Assembly (NCBI GenBank): GCA_965367815.1
Contig: CBDUKN010000002.1
Span: 32,001-96,000, forward strand
Reading direction: 5' to 3'
Length of the DNA stretch: 64,000 bases
Origin: an uncultured Thermoprotei archaeon
Lineage (GTDB): Archaea > Thermoproteota > Thermoprotei > Thermofilales > B15-G2
Within the stretch, counting starts at the first letter, position 1. Each line of letters begins with the position of its first letter. The position numbers and the translations under genes are program-made. Below the pieces are notes generated by a model. That model searched no databases and had not been told where the DNA came from. It worked only from the letters and a program-made list of their open reading frames with translations. Positions 1 to 10,374 of this stretch are shown here, piece after piece.

Positions 1-20
1 AAAATAAACGCCAAAACTCT

Positions 21-857
21 TTAGATAATAAATCTTTCGAGGAATTTTCTTGCAAGTACTAGTCCTTCCTCGTACTTGAAGTAGGGATCTTCGTGTTCTA
101 TACTTAAGGCATAATCGTATCCGTGTTTCTTGAGAATTGATATGAATTGGGGCCAGTTTAAGTCGCCGAAGCCAGGTAGCCTGTGAGGACACCATCCTCT
201 ACTTCTTATACCGTAGTACTTGACTTTATTCCATAGTATCTGAGCATCTTTCATGTGGGTATGGTAAATTCTGTCGCCGAATTTGTCTGCTACTTCGATT
301 ACATCGATAAACTGGCATATAAGGTGACTTGGATCGAATTCTAGTCCTATGATCTTAGAGCCGAGAATCTCGAATACTTTTTCCCATATATCAGGTCTGT
401 ACATAATATTTCCGGGACAGTTCTCTATGGCTACTTTTATTTCTCTGTCTTCAGCGTATTTTATTATCTTCGGCCACTCCTTTTCAATAGCCTTGTAGTT
501 TTCTTCTTCGGATTCAGATACTTTGCCTATCCATCCTGTAACTACAGGTATTTCAAGCTTATAGGCTGCCTCAATAAGGTTCATGAAGTGTTCTTGATGG
601 TGTTTTCTTATATTTTCGTCGGGAGAAATAGGATTTCCGTAAAATCCTATTGCCGAGATAATGACTCCTATTTCTTCTGTTAACTTCTTTATCTCGTTTG
701 GTCTATTTATAGCCTCCTTGACGTCAAAGAACTTTTTATCAGGCCATGCTGCTATTGAGATAGACTTAAAACCGTGTTCTTTGGCCCACTTTAAAGTAGT
801 TTTAAGATCCCCGAGCTGGCCCGAGGTTAGGAAACCTATGAACATATTCTCCGACAC
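21..857 (-). CDS. Sugar phosphate isomerase/epimerase (xylose isomerase-like TIM barrel)
   Basis: 278 aa ORF with AIENCP, FDPSH, HTHMKD and LSIEHED metal-binding motifs. Confidence 0.85.
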   Translation of the reverse strand: MSENMFIGFLTSGQLGDLKTTLKWAKEHGFKSISIAAWPDKKFFDVKEAINRPNEIKKLTEEIGVIISAIGFYGNPISPDENIRKHHQEHFMNLIEAAYKLEIPVVTGWIGKVSESEEENYKAIEKEWPKIIKYAEDREIKVAIENCPGNIMYRPDIWEKVFEILGSKIIGLEFDPSHLICQFIDVIEVADKFGDRIYHTHMKDAQILWNKVKYYGIRSRGWCPHRLPGFGDLNWPQFISILKKHGYDYALSIEHEDPYFKYEEGLVLARKFLERFII

Positions 858-959
858 TACGATACCGCGTGCTCCATATATAATACTAAGTCCTTGTTTA
901 ACAGTTATAATGAAGGATTAAGTTTTAAATCTCTCGAGAAGTAGAGAGAAAGGAGAAAC

Positions 960-1676
960 GTGATCAGAAATTTACTTGAGTCATACATCATTTCACTAGT
1001 CTCGCAAGTAGTAGATAGACTGAAGAGAGAATTTGGAGAGAATTTACTAGGAGTAATTCTAGAAAACTTCGATGAAAATAATCTCAGGGTTGCAGTTATT
1101 CTCGAGAGCTATGAGAGGTCACTAGAGCCCATTAAAAGCAGAGTACAGTCGGCGCTCAACTTTAATCCATTTAAGTTAGTTAAAGTTAAGACCGATATCT
1201 TAGTGTTTGAAGATATTTTCAACAATTTAAGTAAAGCCATACTTTTCCTATATTATTCAAATGGAACCATAGTATACGATAAGGACTTCATTATCTCAAA
1301 AATAATAAATGGATTAGAGAACGACACGCATGATGATATATTATCGATTCTTGAAACAGCTAATAGGTGTTTAGAGGACGCCGAGAACGCTATCGGAGAA
1401 AACGACTTAGTCAAGGCAATATACAAGGCTTCTCTTACAATAGATCTCTCACTCAGAGCACTAAGCGAGATAGCTGAAATTTACGGAGACATATTAGACG
1501 ATATTCTTGAAATAGAGTACGACTTAATGCCTACACCTGGAGACTTGTTTGAAAATCCGCTTATTCGGGAGACACTGAGCTATAGGTCAAGTGTACTAGA
1601 GCTAGTTGATAGAGCGAAAAAAACTTTAGGGATCCTAGAGAACATAATTTCGCATACTGTTAAACACTACACGTAA
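960..1676 (+). CDS. Degenerate nucleotidyltransferase (MNT)-HEPN fusion protein
   Basis: The N-half resembles MNT (LKREFGENLLGVIL...GTIVYDKD) but lacks the GS/DxD motif. The C-half resembles HEPN (LEDAENAIGENDLVKAIYKASLTIDLSLRAL). Confidence 0.5.
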   Translation: MIRNLLESYIISLVSQVVDRLKREFGENLLGVILENFDENNLRVAVILESYERSLEPIKSRVQSALNFNPFKLVKVKTDILVFEDIFNNLSKAILFLYYSNGTIVYDKDFIISKIINGLENDTHDDILSILETANRCLEDAENAIGENDLVKAIYKASLTIDLSLRALSEIAEIYGDILDDILEIEYDLMPTPGDLFENPLIRETLSYRSSVLELVDRAKKTLGILENIISHTVKHYT

Positions 1677-1759
1677 TTAGCTATTTTCCTTCCATTCTCT
1701 TATTAAGTTTTAAACATATAATAACATATTTATAGAACCGCTTTTCTACTAATACGTCT

Positions 1760-2521
1760 ATGCAAGCAATTAAGCATACTATTGTTCACTCCGCTGAGCT
1801 TAAGAAGCTTTACGCTCCTCAAAGGAACATTATTTGTATTGTAATAGAAACTGAAAAAGAAGAAGAAATAATGACCAAACTACTGAGCTACTATGCTTCT
1901 CGTAAAGTAAAGCTCCTGAGTACTTCTGTAACGCTTCATCCTGAGTCTCCGAGGGCGTACATTACTTCTATTCTTGATATAACTTCAATAGACATGGACG
2001 TAGCTAGTCTAGTTAGGGAGATAAGGTCTTTACCCTATATTCACAGAGCTGAAGTTCTCGAAACTCCTATGACAAGAGCAAAAGCACGACTAATTACATT
2101 TACCTTAAGAGAGTTTTCAAGTATTATTAAGGGAGCATACGAGAAATTCGAAGACGCCGGAGCGGTCTTTCTTTACTTCTTAGGCTATGAAATGGGACTA
2201 GATATAGCGGAAGATATTACAGAGAAGTACTCTGACTATGATGCCTTAAACCACTTCTTCTTTTGGATTAAAGCTCTCGGATGGGGTGACTGTGAAATCA
2301 TAAAGTATATCGATAAAAGGGAAGTAGTAGTAGAGGCTAAGAACCTGTTTGAGTGTATGATATTTCTAGGAGAGAAAAAGATTCCTACAAGTCACTTATT
2401 TAGAGGACTACTGGCTGGATTTACTGAAGCCCTATGGAGAAAGAAAACTGAAGTTACTGAAGAAACATGCATTGCCTGCGGAGACCCTGTATGCAGATTT
2501 ATAGTGCGCACTACTGAGTAA
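1760..2521 (+). CDS. ACT + V4R domain ligand-binding protein
   Basis: C-terminal LGWG...NLFEC...SHLFRG...ETCIACGDPVCRF V4R signature; ACT-like N-terminus. Confidence 0.8.
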   Translation: MQAIKHTIVHSAELKKLYAPQRNIICIVIETEKEEEIMTKLLSYYASRKVKLLSTSVTLHPESPRAYITSILDITSIDMDVASLVREIRSLPYIHRAEVLETPMTRAKARLITFTLREFSSIIKGAYEKFEDAGAVFLYFLGYEMGLDIAEDITEKYSDYDALNHFFFWIKALGWGDCEIIKYIDKREVVVEAKNLFECMIFLGEKKIPTSHLFRGLLAGFTEALWRKKTEVTEETCIACGDPVCRFIVRTTE

Positions 2522-3263
2522 GTAGTTCCTTGAATCTTAAGGCGTCTTGGCCCATGTAGACGTTGTTAAACATTACGTACACTTCTTTACCCTCATACCT
2601 GGACAAGATCTGATCGCGAAGCCACTTTAAATCATCATCTGTGTACTTATAGCGGTAGTTTACTTCACGAGGTCCTTTGCCGTGGAGTCTAAAGTAGACT
2701 ATTTTGTGCTCTGATACAGGCCATCTCTTAAACGGGTCAACTACATGAACTAACCCTAGTTCATCGACTATCTCCTTAACCTTGTCTAAATTATCGTTCC
2801 AGGTTCCTCTAGGTTCCCAGGCTATAGTAACTTCATTAGTAGAGATTGACGAGAAAAATTCTTTTACATTCTTGACGTTTTCTTCGCTGTATTCAAACGA
2901 AGGCGGTGTCTGGAAGACACATATTTTCGCTTCTAGTACTCTACATATTTCCAGTACTTTTTCCCATGCTTCAAAGTTTTCTTTAGTTGGCTTGAGAAAG
3001 CCGTAGTTTTCGAGATTTCCAGGAGGTTTTTCTTTAAGTCTTCTCCAAGTAGGTGACGTGTGTGGATGTGTAATTGCTTGCCATACTTTCACACAGTATT
3101 CAAAGTCTTTGGGCGCGTCATTTCTCCACTTTCTAGCTCTCTTGACTGTAGGTAAGTTATAGAATGTATCTTGGAGCTCTATTACATTAAATTTCTCGAA
3201 GTAAGCTTTTCTGCCACCTTTAATGCTCCATCCACATGTACCTACTTTAATGACAGTAGTCAT
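2511..3263 (-). CDS. DUF72 (YecE-like) family protein
   Basis: VGTCGW, ELQDTFY, FQTPPSF, WEPRG, YFRLHG and YVMFNN motifs. Confidence 0.9.
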   Translation of the reverse strand: MTTVIKVGTCGWSIKGGRKAYFEKFNVIELQDTFYNLPTVKRARKWRNDAPKDFEYCVKVWQAITHPHTSPTWRRLKEKPPGNLENYGFLKPTKENFEAWEKVLEICRVLEAKICVFQTPPSFEYSEENVKNVKEFFSSISTNEVTIAWEPRGTWNDNLDKVKEIVDELGLVHVVDPFKRWPVSEHKIVYFRLHGKGPREVNYRYKYTDDDLKWLRDQILSRYEGKEVYVMFNNVYMGQDALRFKELLTQ

Positions 3264-3325
3264 TCTATTCTAGACTAATCCTCGGCGGTAGATAAATTTA
3301 AAATTTAAAGCAAAAGGCTAATATT

Positions 3326-4531
3326 GTGCGTAGAAAGCTACTTTTCGAAATACTCTCTTTTCAAGACTACTTGCAGATAGTAAGTGAGCTAGAGAAAATA
3401 GGAGCTAAAGTAGAGACAATAGGCTATAGCTCTTTGAATAAACCTCTTCACTGTATAAAGCTAGGGGAAGGTGATACTAGAATACTAGCTATTTGTAGAC
3501 TTCACGGTAATGAACCTGCTACAACTAACGCGGCTCTCTATTTTACCTACCTGTGTTTAACTGAAGGTAGAGTGGGAGGAATACCTATGAGAGATGTTTT
3601 AAGCAAATGTAAGATAGCGCTGGTTCCTGCGGCTAATCCAGATGGACTTGAAGAGTACTACCGCCTTTACGTAAAAAACCCTAAGCCTTCTTGGGAAAAT
3701 GTCTTTGGCAAAGCTAGAGTAAATGCTGAGGGAGTAGACCTTAATAGAGACTGGCTCTATTTAACTCAAAAAGAGACACAGTGTCTTCACATATTGTTAA
3801 ATGAATTCAGGCCTCATATAGTGCTCGATATGCATGAATTTTACTTTAAAGGAGGTTATCCTCCACAGTGGCCTGATGGAGAAGAAGAATTTATGATATC
3901 GCTTACTGACACTCCTTATTTCATGGTAAGTGAGAGTATAAAAGATCTCTCTAGAGAGATCATGGAGAGAGCAATAGATGCAGTAGTAAATGAGGGATAT
4001 GGTCACTGGAAAATTAAAGAGAGGTGGTTTGTTGGAGAAGAAAAGGGTGCTAGAAGGGAAGATGTAGTAGTACCAGCCACTTTTCTAGGTTCTCATGTAC
4101 CATATGAACATTCAGCCAAATTACTTGTAGAGACATGGGGAGTAGGCTTAGGAGAGTACCTTCTTTCAGATCGAGTCAACATACATTCTCTCATAATAGC
4201 ACACATAGCCTATTACACATATGAAAAAGAAAGAGAAGTAAAAGAAGCTGTAAGTGAGTCTATTAGCGAAGATATAGCCTTTCCAGAAGCTATGTTCAGA
4301 ATTTCTGGTCCATCAAATGAAGTAAATAAGGCGGAAAAATTACTTAAACTACACGATATTGCGGCCTCTAAAGTAGGAAATGAAATTCTCATAAAGCTTC
4401 CCCAGCGCAGAAGCCGCATGGCCTCTATTCTCCTTGACAAAGACTTTGAGCTAAACCGCAGGCTATTCGAGAAAAGAAAGTTCTATACTATAGATCACTT
4501 CCTTCAAGTGAAAGTAACAAAGTACTCTTAG
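3326..4531 (+). CDS. M14 family zinc carboxypeptidase-like protein
   Basis: HGNE, NPDG, R-x-N...DLNRD and LDMHE motifs. Confidence 0.85.
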   Translation: MRRKLLFEILSFQDYLQIVSELEKIGAKVETIGYSSLNKPLHCIKLGEGDTRILAICRLHGNEPATTNAALYFTYLCLTEGRVGGIPMRDVLSKCKIALVPAANPDGLEEYYRLYVKNPKPSWENVFGKARVNAEGVDLNRDWLYLTQKETQCLHILLNEFRPHIVLDMHEFYFKGGYPPQWPDGEEEFMISLTDTPYFMVSESIKDLSREIMERAIDAVVNEGYGHWKIKERWFVGEEKGARREDVVVPATFLGSHVPYEHSAKLLVETWGVGLGEYLLSDRVNIHSLIIAHIAYYTYEKEREVKEAVSESISEDIAFPEAMFRISGPSNEVNKAEKLLKLHDIAASKVGNEILIKLPQRRSRMASILLDKDFELNRRLFEKRKFYTIDHFLQVKVTKYS

Positions 4532-4546
4532 CATAGATGTGAGAAA

Positions 4547-5866
4547 ATGCAGTACGATATTGTAGTCTGTGGAGGAGGACTCGCAGGTGTGGCGGCCGCA
4601 GTAGCTGCAGCGAGAAAAGGAAAAGAAGTATTGCTCATCGAGCAACACGGTTTCCTCGGAGGATGTGCTACGCTAGGTTTGGTAAACCCTTTCATGAAAT
4701 ATTATTTAAATAAAAATAAATTGCTGGCAAATGAAATATTTTTAGAAATTATTAAAAGACTAAAAGACAGTCGCGGCGCGTGGGGAGAGCCACCTCACTT
4801 CTTTGACCCAGAAGTTCTTAAAGGAGTTTTATTCGAAATATGTGAAGAATCAGGTGTGAATATCCTTCTTTACTCTAAGGTGTTAACAGCGAATACCGAA
4901 AATGGAATTATTAAATCCATTAATGTGAGCTTGAAAGAAGGTATTGAAGAAATCAAGGGAACAGTATTTGTAGACGCTACTGGCGACGGAGATTTAGCTG
5001 CTTCAGCTGGCGCTAAATGGGAGTACGGCGATGGAGAAGTAGCTCAGCCTATGACTTTAATGTTTAGAATAGGCAACATAGATTATAAGAAATTCGTCGA
5101 GTACTTGAGAACCGCAAACGACTGCTCCGAGTGGGTAAACCTTAACTACATCGAGAAATGTGTTGAAATAGGAGCTCCCTTCTCGTTTGCGGGATTATCT
5201 AAAGCTATCAATAAGTACAGAGAAGATTTCCCTGAAATTCCTGCACAAAATAAGGTATTCTTCCCTACATGTCTTCCTCGTAGAGGCGAAGCTTTTGTCA
5301 ACATGACTAGAGTACAGATGCTTTCCGGCTTAGTTAGCCGCGATTTAACTAAAGCTACAATCATGGCTTACTGGCAGGCATACAAGCTAGTACTCTTCTT
5401 AAAGAAACATATTCCCGGCTTTGAGGAAGCATATCTACTTGAGTCAGCTCCGATTATAGGTGTTAGAGAAACTAGAAGAATTATCGGAGAGTATGTCTTA
5501 ACAGCAGACGATATTTTGAAAGCGAGAAAATTTGATGACGCCGTGGCTGCGGGATGTTACCCTATAGATATCCATCCAATGCGTCCATCAGACAAAGAAA
5601 CTATTATGAAAGGGCCTCCTCCTGGAGACTACTACGAGATACCTTACAGGTGTCTCGTACCTCTTGGACTAAAGAATCTTCTTGTAACCGGGAGATGTAT
5701 TTCTACTACACATGAGGCGCAGGCTGCAATAAGAGTAATGCCTATTGCTTGTTCGCTAGGTGAAACAGCAGGCTACGCGGCAGCCCTAGCGGTCGAGAAA
5801 AAGGGACTAGTCCGCGAGATCAACATTAATACTCTTCAAAAACTCTTAGACTATAGACACCGATGA
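4547..5866 (+). CDS. FAD-dependent oxidoreductase
   Basis: GGGLAG Rossmann motif, DATGDGD, GVRETRRI, IPYRCLVP, GRCIS. Confidence 0.85.
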   Translation: MQYDIVVCGGGLAGVAAAVAAARKGKEVLLIEQHGFLGGCATLGLVNPFMKYYLNKNKLLANEIFLEIIKRLKDSRGAWGEPPHFFDPEVLKGVLFEICEESGVNILLYSKVLTANTENGIIKSINVSLKEGIEEIKGTVFVDATGDGDLAASAGAKWEYGDGEVAQPMTLMFRIGNIDYKKFVEYLRTANDCSEWVNLNYIEKCVEIGAPFSFAGLSKAINKYREDFPEIPAQNKVFFPTCLPRRGEAFVNMTRVQMLSGLVSRDLTKATIMAYWQAYKLVLFLKKHIPGFEEAYLLESAPIIGVRETRRIIGEYVLTADDILKARKFDDAVAAGCYPIDIHPMRPSDKETIMKGPPPGDYYEIPYRCLVPLGLKNLLVTGRCISTTHEAQAAIRVMPIACSLGETAGYAAALAVEKKGLVREININTLQKLLDYRHR

Positions 5867-7134
5867 AAATACTAGCTCTATTTAAATACAATAAAATTAA
5901 CGCAAATAGCTTAGCTTATATTCTTGCCGCTTTAGAGTCATCTGATGTATTCTACAGAATTGATGTAGAGTTAACAGAAGATGTTTTTGGTCATTTAGAT
6001 AAAAGATCTTCTTACTACGATAAAATAATAGTACTATATTCTGTAATGACTACACAGCTTCAAAACTATTTAAAAGAATTTAAAAGACTTAAAGACTATA
6101 AGAGAATTCTTAAAGATAAATTGCTCTTAGTAGCTGGAGGGCCTCATCCTACAGGAGATCCTAGAGGAACTATTCTCAAGCTAGGGTTTGATGTAGCTGT
6201 AGTAGGTGAAGGCGAAGAAACATTAATTGATATTCTTGAAGCAGTACTGAGAGATAAGCCCTTAATTTGTGTCGAAGGAATAGCTCTCCGGGGGAGTAGA
6301 GAGAAAGAAGTAGTGATCACGAGAAGAAGAAAGCTAGTTGATTTAGAGAAATATCCTCCCTGCTCCAGGAAATATGGGCTTTTTCCTCCTATAGAGATAA
6401 TGAGAGGCTGCCCTTATGCATGTAAGTACTGTCAAACTCCGAGAATTTTCTCATTTACCGTGAGATATAGGTCAGTAGACTATGTCAAGAAGTGGGTTAA
6501 GTACTATGTGCAGCAAGGTAGAAGAACTATACGCTTTATAGCCCCGAACGGCTTTGCCTATGGGTCGAAAACAGGAAAACAACCTAATCCAGAGAAACTG
6601 AGGCTTCTGCTGAAAGAAGTGAAGTCTATTCCTCGGACAAGAGTTCATTTAGGTAACTTTCCCAGCGAAGTACGTCCAGAGTTTGTTACAAGAAAGGTGC
6701 TGGACATTGTCGCAAAATATGTTGTCAATAAGACGTTGGCTATAGGCGCGCAGAGCGGCAGCAACCGTGTTCTAAGAGACATTGGGAGACAGCATACTAT
6801 TGAAGATGTCTACGATGCAGTAGACTTAGCACTAGAGTATGGTTTTACTCCCTGCGTAGACTTTATTTTCGGTCTTCCAGGTGAAACTGAAGAGGACCTT
6901 GAGCTAACGCTTAAAGCTATAAAAGAACTATCTAGCAAAGGCGCTGTTATCAGAGGACATACATTCATACCGTTACCTGGAACTCCCTTTGAAAATGCTC
7001 CTCCAGGGAAAATCCCTGAACACGTAAAAAAGGAGCTTAAAGAACTTAAAGAAAAAAGTGTCCTCCGAGGGGAATGGAAAAAACAAGAAGAACTAGCTTT
7101 AACTGTAACTCGGTTATGGAGATCACTCTTTTAG
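5863..7134 (+). CDS. B12-binding domain radical SAM protein
   Basis: GGPHPT and VGEGE B12-binding segment; RGCPYACKYC CxxxCxxC motif. Confidence 0.9.
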   Translation: MKILALFKYNKINANSLAYILAALESSDVFYRIDVELTEDVFGHLDKRSSYYDKIIVLYSVMTTQLQNYLKEFKRLKDYKRILKDKLLLVAGGPHPTGDPRGTILKLGFDVAVVGEGEETLIDILEAVLRDKPLICVEGIALRGSREKEVVITRRRKLVDLEKYPPCSRKYGLFPPIEIMRGCPYACKYCQTPRIFSFTVRYRSVDYVKKWVKYYVQQGRRTIRFIAPNGFAYGSKTGKQPNPEKLRLLLKEVKSIPRTRVHLGNFPSEVRPEFVTRKVLDIVAKYVVNKTLAIGAQSGSNRVLRDIGRQHTIEDVYDAVDLALEYGFTPCVDFIFGLPGETEEDLELTLKAIKELSSKGAVIRGHTFIPLPGTPFENAPPGKIPEHVKKELKELKEKSVLRGEWKKQEELALTVTRLWRSLF

Positions 7135-7764
7135 CACCGCAACAGCTCTTACAGGTGAAGCGCTTCCACCAGCTATTTTTAAAGGCAGGCCTATAAACTT
7201 GAATTTCTTGCCTAAAAGTTTGTCTAAGCCTGTTAAGCATTCGTATATCACTATGCCTTTCGACAACAATACTGGATGTACTTCAAAAGGCGGCCTGTCT
7301 ATCGATGGTGTATCTAGTCCAACAGCCTTTACACCTATTTCTACTAGCTTTTCAGCAGCTTCCTTACTCAGGCCGACATAGTCCGTAAAATATTCAGGTC
7401 TACCTATATACTTGTCAAAACCTGTATAGAGCAATACAATATAGTCTTTTCCGACACGAGTTTTTTCAAGAGCTTTGTTTAAGTCTTCTAACGTGATTTC
7501 TTCTTTCAGCTTCTTATAGCTAAAGTCAAGTACAACCCCTTCTCCTACAAATTTCTCCAAAGGTACTTCGTCTACCGTAGGTGTGTCTTTAATAAAGTGT
7601 GCGGGAACATCTACATGTGTCAAAGTATGTTCTGACAAGAAGAGAACGTTTGAGTAAAAGCCTTGAATTTCTATTTTTGACCAAGGCAGAATTGCTGGCT
7701 TAGGGTGTGCAGGGAATACAGGTGCTCCGCTTTCTATTTTGAAAGATAGGTCTACTATTTTCAT
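7123..7764 (-). CDS. Cyclase family metal-dependent hydrolase (kynurenine formamidase-like)
   Basis: HTLTHVDVPAH motif; C-terminal PLKI.GG.ASPVRAVA. Confidence 0.88.
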   Translation of the reverse strand: MKIVDLSFKIESGAPVFPAHPKPAILPWSKIEIQGFYSNVLFLSEHTLTHVDVPAHFIKDTPTVDEVPLEKFVGEGVVLDFSYKKLKEEITLEDLNKALEKTRVGKDYIVLLYTGFDKYIGRPEYFTDYVGLSKEAAEKLVEIGVKAVGLDTPSIDRPPFEVHPVLLSKGIVIYECLTGLDKLLGKKFKFIGLPLKIAGGSASPVRAVAVLKE

Positions 7765-7955
7765 CGATGATAGCTAGGAAATGCTTCTTATAAATATTTC
7801 TCGAGAAGATAATTACTATTAGTAATTATTAAAGCAACTTAGTTAAGGTTTCTTTTAAATAGTACTATGAGATAGAGCTTCTAGGTAGAATTACATAAAG
7901 TCTGGTCTTTAATGATTAAACGACAATACTTAAAACTTAAAACTAAAAATAAACT

Positions 7956-9485
7956 GTGTCTAGAAAATTGAGTAGAGAACAGCTAGGTTTAGTGCTAGGA
8001 CCTCTACTTGCAGTGCTATGGCTTATAACGCCGCCTTTTCCGGGTATGGTTGAGGCAGCAAGCCAGGCTGGAGTAAGTGTTTATCACTTAAAGCTTGCTT
8101 TAGGAGTACTTTTCTGGGTGGCAACATGGTGGATAACAGAGTGTGTTCCATTGGGGCTAGCAGGGCTTGTACCTGCTTTGCTCTTTCCTATGGTTGGTCT
8201 TGTCAGCTGGAAAAAGGCTCTCTCATCGTTTACAAGTCCAATAATATGGATTTTCATGGGAGGCTTTGTTTTAGCCAAGGCTTTTCAGGTTTGGGGTCTG
8301 GATAAAAGAATAGCTATTAAACTGTCCTCGCTCTACAAAGGAAGCAATCCTGCTCTCGCAGCTTTCTTCACAGCCTGTCTACCTGTATTCATACTCACGA
8401 TGACTGGCTCTATAACAGCCTCTACTTCAATTACGTATCCAATAGTGTTGGCGTATCTCACTACGCTAGGTTTTCAGAGAGGAAGTAGGTATGGTGAAGC
8501 AACAATGCTTGCTCTAGGCGAGGCTGCGACAGCGGGGGCTATGTTTCTCTTAATCAGCACTCCGCCGAATCTTATAGCTAAAAGCGCTATTGAAACAGCA
8601 ATGCCTGGAACAACAATTACTTTCCTTGACTGGATAATTGTGGGAACTCCTCACGCTTTTTTAGGCCTAGTGATAACGTGGTTCATTACTTTTGCATTAA
8701 TAAAGCCCGAAGTAAAAGAACTTTCAATTGAAAAGAGAAAAGAGCTATTGAGTAAAATCGAGCTTAAGCCTATGTCTCGCGGAGAAAAAATTGTTCTAGC
8801 AATATTTCTGTTAACTCTCTTCCTATGGACTATACCTGGCTCAATTTTAATATACTCTACAATAAATCCAGAGTACACTTGGCTGAGCAATCTTCTTAAA
8901 GCAGTTCTGCCCGAGGCCGCGCCAGCAGTACTTGCTATACTTCTGCTAGGACTTATTAAAGTAGAGAACAGGCCACTCTTAAAGTGGAAAGATATCGAGG
9001 AGGGAATAGACTGGAACGTGGTCTTCTTATTTGGAGGGGGAATAGTTCTGGGAGCAGGACTACAAGCAGCGGGCTTTGATAAGTGGATAGCAAGACTTAT
9101 TGTATCGCAACACTTCTTTAAAATAAATGTTTACACTCTTTCATTTATAAGCGCGATATTAGCCTTCCTCATAACGTACCCTGCGTCTAATACTGCATCC
9201 GCGCTAATAGCATGTCCTCTAGTAGCAGCAATGGCTATTGGAGCAGGAATAAACCCTATTCCTCCTGTAATCATCGCGGGGCTGGCTGCGTCTATTTCAA
9301 GTGCACTACCCAGTACTACGCCTCCTATGGCTATAGTCTATGGCTCCCGCTACATTAAGCTATGGAATATGTTCAAAGTAGGCATGATATGTGATATAAT
9401 TAGACTAATGCTTCTAGTGTTGATAGGACCACCTTTAGCGGTGTACCTGTGTCAGCTAAAGGGGCTTCCACTAATACTAGGCTAA
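7956..9485 (+). CDS. DASS/SLC13 sodium-coupled di/tricarboxylate or sulfate transporter
   Basis: Multi-TM protein with WWITE, STPPN, SNTAS and TTPP motifs. Confidence 0.85.
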   Translation: MSRKLSREQLGLVLGPLLAVLWLITPPFPGMVEAASQAGVSVYHLKLALGVLFWVATWWITECVPLGLAGLVPALLFPMVGLVSWKKALSSFTSPIIWIFMGGFVLAKAFQVWGLDKRIAIKLSSLYKGSNPALAAFFTACLPVFILTMTGSITASTSITYPIVLAYLTTLGFQRGSRYGEATMLALGEAATAGAMFLLISTPPNLIAKSAIETAMPGTTITFLDWIIVGTPHAFLGLVITWFITFALIKPEVKELSIEKRKELLSKIELKPMSRGEKIVLAIFLLTLFLWTIPGSILIYSTINPEYTWLSNLLKAVLPEAAPAVLAILLLGLIKVENRPLLKWKDIEEGIDWNVVFLFGGGIVLGAGLQAAGFDKWIARLIVSQHFFKINVYTLSFISAILAFLITYPASNTASALIACPLVAAMAIGAGINPIPPVIIAGLAASISSALPSTTPPMAIVYGSRYIKLWNMFKVGMICDIIRLMLLVLIGPPLAVYLCQLKGLPLILG

Positions 9486-10138
9486 ATTCGCCAACTCGAG
9501 CTATTTACGTCTTTCAGCTCTAGTTCTTTCTTTAATTGCTCTAAAAACTTTAGCATTACCTTATGTCTTTTTAAAGCAATTTTTTTAGCCGTCTCAGTGT
9601 ACATCAAATCCTTGAGCCTCAGCAATTTTTCATAGAAATGTTCGATAGACTTATCTATGCCTCTACCTTGCTCACCAGAGTACATAAAACACCTCGCTAT
9701 ACCTATAGCTCCTATAGCATCGAGTTTATCTGCATCAGAAAGTACTTTTGCTTCAAGAGACTTAGGTATTTCTCCCGATGAAAAGCTGTGAGCTTTAATA
9801 GCTTCTATGACTCTTTCGATAAATTCTAGTGGAAGTCCCAGCGAGGATAAGTATTTTTCAGCTATTTCGGCGCTCTTTGCTGCGTGGTTTTTCTCATAGC
9901 CTAGTGCTCTACCTATATCGTGGAGCAGACTAGCTATTTTAAGCACGTTTAAATCAGCTTTCTCCCTTATACCTATTTCTAAGCAAAGTCTATATACTCG
10001 AAGTACGTGGTCAAATCCATGCGAAGGATTTTTCACATTTCTATATAGTTTCTCAACATAACTGTAAACTTCTTTCTCAATATCATTAAAATTCATAGGT
10101 GAAATTGTTAGTTCGAGCTTAATATCTATAATTCTCAT
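9482..10138 (-). CDS. HD-domain phosphohydrolase
   Basis: H...H..RV, LLHDIG, DADKLDAIGAIG, HFYEKLL. Confidence 0.88.
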   Translation of the reverse strand: MRIIDIKLELTISPMNFNDIEKEVYSYVEKLYRNVKNPSHGFDHVLRVYRLCLEIGIREKADLNVLKIASLLHDIGRALGYEKNHAAKSAEIAEKYLSSLGLPLEFIERVIEAIKAHSFSSGEIPKSLEAKVLSDADKLDAIGAIGIARCFMYSGEQGRGIDKSIEHFYEKLLRLKDLMYTETAKKIALKRHKVMLKFLEQLKKELELKDVNSSSWRI

Positions 10139-10323
10139 GAAAAATACACGCTAATTACTCAGACCTTTAAGTGCCAGTATAGCTCTCATGAATAATTTTT
10201 GGCCCGTGCGCCTTACTGCTTGCTATGGTATAGATACTGCAATACTGAATAGAAACCTTTCTAAAATTTGCAACAAAATCACTACAGATATCTTCTTATA
10301 ATTCCGGACAAAACTCTAACTTA

Positions 10324-10374
10324 GTGATGAAACGTATTCACTCTGAGCACTATGACGAAGATTCCACGTACTGA
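10324..10374 (+). ncRNA. Box C/D guide sRNA
   Basis: C GTGATGA 10324-30, guide AACGTATTCACT, D' CTGA 10343-46, C' ATGACGA 10352-58, guide AGATTCCACGTA, D CTGA 10371-74. Confidence 0.9.
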
